Source of the DNA: an uncultured delta proteobacterium
Lineage (GTDB): Bacteria; Myxococcota; Myxococcia; Myxococcales; Myxococcaceae
NCBI GenBank assembly: GCA_963713045.1
Contig: CAVQKE010000003.1
Span: 1,280,001-1,344,000 of the forward strand
Length of the DNA: 64,000 nt
Reading direction: 5' to 3'
Part shown: in pieces, positions 60,648-64,000 of the stretch
Layout of the letters: each line of letters opens with the position of its first letter
Position numbering within the stretch: position 1 is the stretch's first letter
The notes under the pieces: generated by a model
Database searches by the model: none
What the model was told of the DNA's origin: nothing
The model's input: the letters and a program-made list of their open reading frames with translations, nothing else
Made by a program: the position numbers and the translations under genes

Positions 60648-61763
60648 CTACTTCCGCAGAAAGCCGTGCGCGACGCCGTTCACGTCGTAGTAGATGCCCG
60701 CGACCTCGCCCAGGTCATTGTTGGCAGCGCCGATGGTCCCCTGGCCAGGGCCGGTGCCCGCCCCCTTAACGTCGAATGTCGTGATTTCGCCGTCTGGAGC
60801 GCGGACGAAGCCGTGGTTCACGCCGCTCCCGTCAACGGATTGTCCTGTGATGGCACCGAACACGTTGATGGTCTCGACGTACGTGCCCTGGCCGGGACCT
60901 GTGCCCGCCCCCTTAACGTCGAATGTCGTGACGTCGCCGTCGGGAGCGCGCACGAAGCCGTGAAAGACGCTGTCTTCATCAATCAGCCACCCGGGAATCG
61001 TCCCCCCCAAGTTGATTCCGCCTGCAACGGTACCCTGGCCAGCGCCTGTGCCCCCGCCAGGTACGTCAAACGTCGTGATGTTGCCGTTGCGAGCGCGCAC
61101 CCAGCCGTGGTCCGCAAAATTCGTGTCTACGGCCCATCCCGCCGTTGCCCCTAAATCGTTGAGCCCATCTGCGGTGAAACTGAAGCAGCCCTGGAAGGCG
61201 CCTGTGCCCGCGTTCGGAGGAATGAACGTCGTGAAAGTGCCGTCGGGAGTGCGCACCCAGCACTCAAACGCGTTATTCGCCTCCTGGAGGATTCCCGACA
61301 TCTCCCCGAACAGGTTGATGTTGTAACCAAGAGTCCCCTGGAACTGGCCCGGCACGGCGCCCGCCCCCGGCGCATCGAACGTGGTGAACTTGCCATCGGG
61401 CGTACGCAGATACCCGTGCCAAGCAATAAGGCTGTTATCAATATAGAAACCCGTGATTGCCCCCTCCAGGTTGATGCCGTACGCGTAGGTAAAGAGGGAG
61501 CCCGGAGGGTCGATCGTGGTGAAGGTCCCGTCCTCAGTCCGGAGGAAGCCGTGTTGCGTGGAGGTCGGGTCCACGTAGTTCCCGATGATGTCGCCCCGGT
61601 CATTGATGGCGAGGGGAATTGTGCCCTGGCCGCTGGCTGTGCCCGCCCCGGGTATGTCGAACTTGACGATTTCGTGAGCAGTTCCCCCTGCATGGGCTGG
61701 AAACCTCATCGCCAGAGCGGCGAACAGCGTCACTCTGGAAAACCACATCACTCTCTTTTTCAT
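60648..61763 (-). CDS. Secreted 7-repeat (HAF-like) putative beta-propeller protein, paralogue 2
   Basis: Signal peptide MKKRVMWF..AHA; the same seven repeats; AGGGG RBS. Confidence 0.85.
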   Translation of the reverse strand: MKKRVMWFSRVTLFAALAMRFPAHAGGTAHEIVKFDIPGAGTASGQGTIPLAINDRGDIIGNYVDPTSTQHGFLRTEDGTFTTIDPPGSLFTYAYGINLEGAITGFYIDNSLIAWHGYLRTPDGKFTTFDAPGAGAVPGQFQGTLGYNINLFGEMSGILQEANNAFECWVRTPDGTFTTFIPPNAGTGAFQGCFSFTADGLNDLGATAGWAVDTNFADHGWVRARNGNITTFDVPGGGTGAGQGTVAGGINLGGTIPGWLIDEDSVFHGFVRAPDGDVTTFDVKGAGTGPGQGTYVETINVFGAITGQSVDGSGVNHGFVRAPDGEITTFDVKGAGTGPGQGTIGAANNDLGEVAGIYYDVNGVAHGFLRK

Positions 61764-62376
61764 AATGTCCCCCTGGTGTCTGGCTTGTGGGTTCGTGGCC
61801 TGTCCGCCGGAATCCCAAAAACAAATAGAAAAGTACCTGTCGTAGAGAGCGCGCCGCTCAGCCCGAAGTCCCCCACTTTCTTGCACGTCAGGCTTCCCCC
61901 CCCCCAGAGCAAACGGGCCGGTCCGACGACACATCGCCTCGACCCCGCGAGGGTACGACTGGCTGCCTTACATATCGGTCACCGATTCCAGCCGAGGTGG
62001 GCCGGGTCGTGACGACGCAGGACGAAAATGGGCATCTCCGCGAAGACAAATTTCACGGCGTGTCCCTGTCGGCCCAAAAGTTTTCACGGACTTCACCCAG
62101 GACCGGCGCTGAAAGACGGCATCCTTTTGTGAAGAGATGGATGGAGCCGAATTCTTTTGGGGACTTCCAGGCCAAGCCTCGAGGGTAGTGTGTCTTTAAG
62201 AAACACACACCCCGTGCGCTTAACCATCGCCCCAAGTGCGCATCAGCCGGCTTGTTTCCTTTCGCCTGTCGACCGTCCAAGGACGCCTTCGCCTCAACTG
62301 GTACGCTCCTCGATGCCGCATCAGGTCTGAGGGGAAGCGGCAAACCGTCTGCTAGCAGAGCGAATCGGGGGGCCGG

Positions 62377-64000
62377 GTGTCGGGGACTGTTCGCCTCGCC
62401 AAGCTGTCAATGCCGAGAATGGCGCGGGTGGTGTTGCGTCCACGGCTCTTCCGGACGCTGGACCGAGCGCAACGGCGTCGGATCTTCTGGATTGTAGCCC
62501 CTGCCGGCGCTGGAAAGACCGCCCTGTTGGCGAGCTGGCTTCGGGAACGAAAGCTTCGCCACGTCTGGCTGCAGCTCGACGACGGCGATGCCGATGTTGC
62601 GAGCTTCTTCCACTACTTCGCGATGGGGGTCAGTCAGCCCAAGCTCACCCGGGGTAGCCTTCCGGTCTTCTCACCCGAGTTCCTGGCCGCGCCAGAGGGC
62701 TTCGCCCGGCTGTTCTTTCGGGCACTCTGCGCGCGGCCAAGGCCGCCGGCAGTCATCGTGTTCGACGACTACCATGAAGTCCGGCCCGATTCGCGCCTCC
62801 ACGCGGCACTTCGCGCAGGATTCCATGAACTTCCGGCAGGCATCACGGTCATCGTGCTCAGCCGGGCCGAGCCGCCGCCAATCTTGGCGGAGTTGCAGGT
62901 GAAGGGCTCGCTCAACGTGCTCCCCGCCACTGAGCTCGCCGTGACCGAAGCCGAAGCATTCGCCATCGCTGCCCTCTGGGGCTACTCGCGACGCGATCAC
63001 GCCACGGTGCGGATGGTCCATAGTCGTACCGAGGGCTGGGCGGCGGGGCTCGTCCTTTTGTTCGGGGGCTGGCGCACCACCGGTGGCCAACAGCAGCCAG
63101 GCAGCGGAGAACAAACTCTCTTTGAATATCTCGCGCAGGAGGTGTTGGAGAGGTCTGACCCCGAAACCCAGCGCGTGTTGCTAGAGACGGCATTGCTGCC
63201 GCGCGTCGATGGTTCGCAAGTTGCGCGCTTAACTGGCGTCAAAACTGCGCACGAGATTCTCGAAAGACTTTTGCGGAGCGGCTATTTCGTCGCACGCCAA
63301 GGCAACGGTTACCAATACCACAGCCTCTTCCGGGACTTCCTGTTGGGATGCGCGGAGCGGGAGCTTTCGCCGAATCGTCGCTCGGAGATACGCCAGACGG
63401 CGGCGGCAATGTTCGAAGAGGCGGGAGATGTGGACGCCGCTGTTTGGCTCAATTTGCAGGGGAAGGCGTGGGGCGAGGCAGCTCGGCTGATTCGCGCACA
63501 TGCTCCGATGTTGCTTCTCCAGGGACGGGCAGAAGTCGTGGCGCGCTGGGTGCTTGCCGTTCCTGACGACGTCCGCGAACGAGACCCGTCGCTCCTGCTC
63601 AACCTCGGCCAAGCGTTGGTGACTCAGGATACTCAGGCAGCCCTCCGCCACTTGGAAAAAGCCTTCGCACTCTCCTTTGAAGCCAGCGACGGCCCCGGTG
63701 CCTACCTCGCCTGGGCTGCGATCACGGAAACAGTCATGTTTTCGTTCGCTCCTGGCCTCGATCATTGGATCGACGTGTTCGACGACCTGCGCTCGCGCTA
63801 TCCGGATATCGGCGGCCCAGGGATTGAAAAGCGTGTCGTGGCGGTTGTCGTCGGAGCACTCTCGATGCGGCAGCCCTGGCACCCAGCCCTGCCTGCTTGG
63901 GAGCAACGGGCTCTGCTGCTGGCGCTCACACCAGGTGAGACGTACCTGGACACGTATCTTCGGTTGAAGCTCGGCCAACACCTGCTGTTTCACTACGGCG
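62377..64000 (+). CDS. MalT/LAL-type STAND ATPase regulator (5' part; runs off the window; absent from the ORF track)
   Basis: My own translation is open to the window end: AKLS.P, RPRL, Walker A APAGAGKT, WLQLD.GD, Walker B IVFDDYH, LSR, TEGWAAGL, LFEYLAQEV and YQYHSLFRDFL. Confidence 0.9.
   Translation, partial: MSGTVRLAKLSMPRMARVVLRPRLFRTLDRAQRRRIFWIVAPAGAGKTALLASWLRERKLRHVWLQLDDGDADVASFFHYFAMGVSQPKLTRGSLPVFSPEFLAAPEGFARLFFRALCARPRPPAVIVFDDYHEVRPDSRLHAALRAGFHELPAGITVIVLSRAEPPPILAELQVKGSLNVLPATELAVTEAEAFAIAALWGYSRRDHATVRMVHSRTEGWAAGLVLLFGGWRTTGGQQQPGSGEQTLFEYLAQEVLERSDPETQRVLLETALLPRVDGSQVARLTGVKTAHEILERLLRSGYFVARQGNGYQYHSLFRDFLLGCAERELSPNRRSEIRQTAAAMFEEAGDVDAAVWLNLQGKAWGEAARLIRAHAPMLLLQGRAEVVARWVLAVPDDVRERDPSLLLNLGQALVTQDTQAALRHLEKAFALSFEASDGPGAYLAWAAITETVMFSFAPGLDHWIDVFDDLRSRYPDIGGPGIEKRVVAVVVGALSMRQPWHPALPAWEQRALLLALTPGETYLDTYLRLKLGQHLLFHYG

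Noticed and set aside
59302..61763. DNA repeats such as GTGCCCGC/CCCTGGCC that could suggest a CRISPR array or DGR
   Set aside because: They are codons of protein repeats with synonymous variation. There are no unique spacers and no cas or reverse transcriptase gene in the window.
62377..64000. STAND ATPase as an Avs-type anti-phage system
   Set aside because: The motifs match MalT/LAL transcriptional regulators and there is no N-terminal effector domain. The C-terminus is not visible, so a defence role is unsupported.

Overview
High-GC chromosomal window from a myxobacterium, probably of the Myxococcaceae/Cystobacterineae lineage. The assignment rests on a MYXO-CTERM protein, a PEGA protein, a PilZ-receiver gene and a Pxr-like sRNA. 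The core backbone is kdsB-pyrG-kdsA, a split complex I operon (nuoEFJKLMN), selB, hslO, ssb, dacB, ptsN/hpf/rpoN, lptBAC-lpxL and astB. Accessory blocks sit between these genes: pyc with an Mla/MCE ABC operon; a GH44 glycanase; a BlaI/M56-HEAT/HEAT operon with a visible operator; nhaA/OmpA/dtd; YCII-ECF42-sulfatase; and, at the right end, two secreted 7-repeat propeller paralogues divergent from a MalT-like STAND regulator that the ORF track misses. The most notable feature is an unannotated ~120-nt sRNA resembling the developmental gatekeeper Pxr (35412-35531, minus strand). It lies directly downstream of selB without the usual pxrK/pxrR genes and behind a sigma70-like promoter. Three +1 frameshifts (PEGA, HEAT and lpxL genes) are probably assembly errors. 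I found no tRNA, rRNA, CRISPR array or transposase. All calls come from reading the sequence; none was checked by database search.
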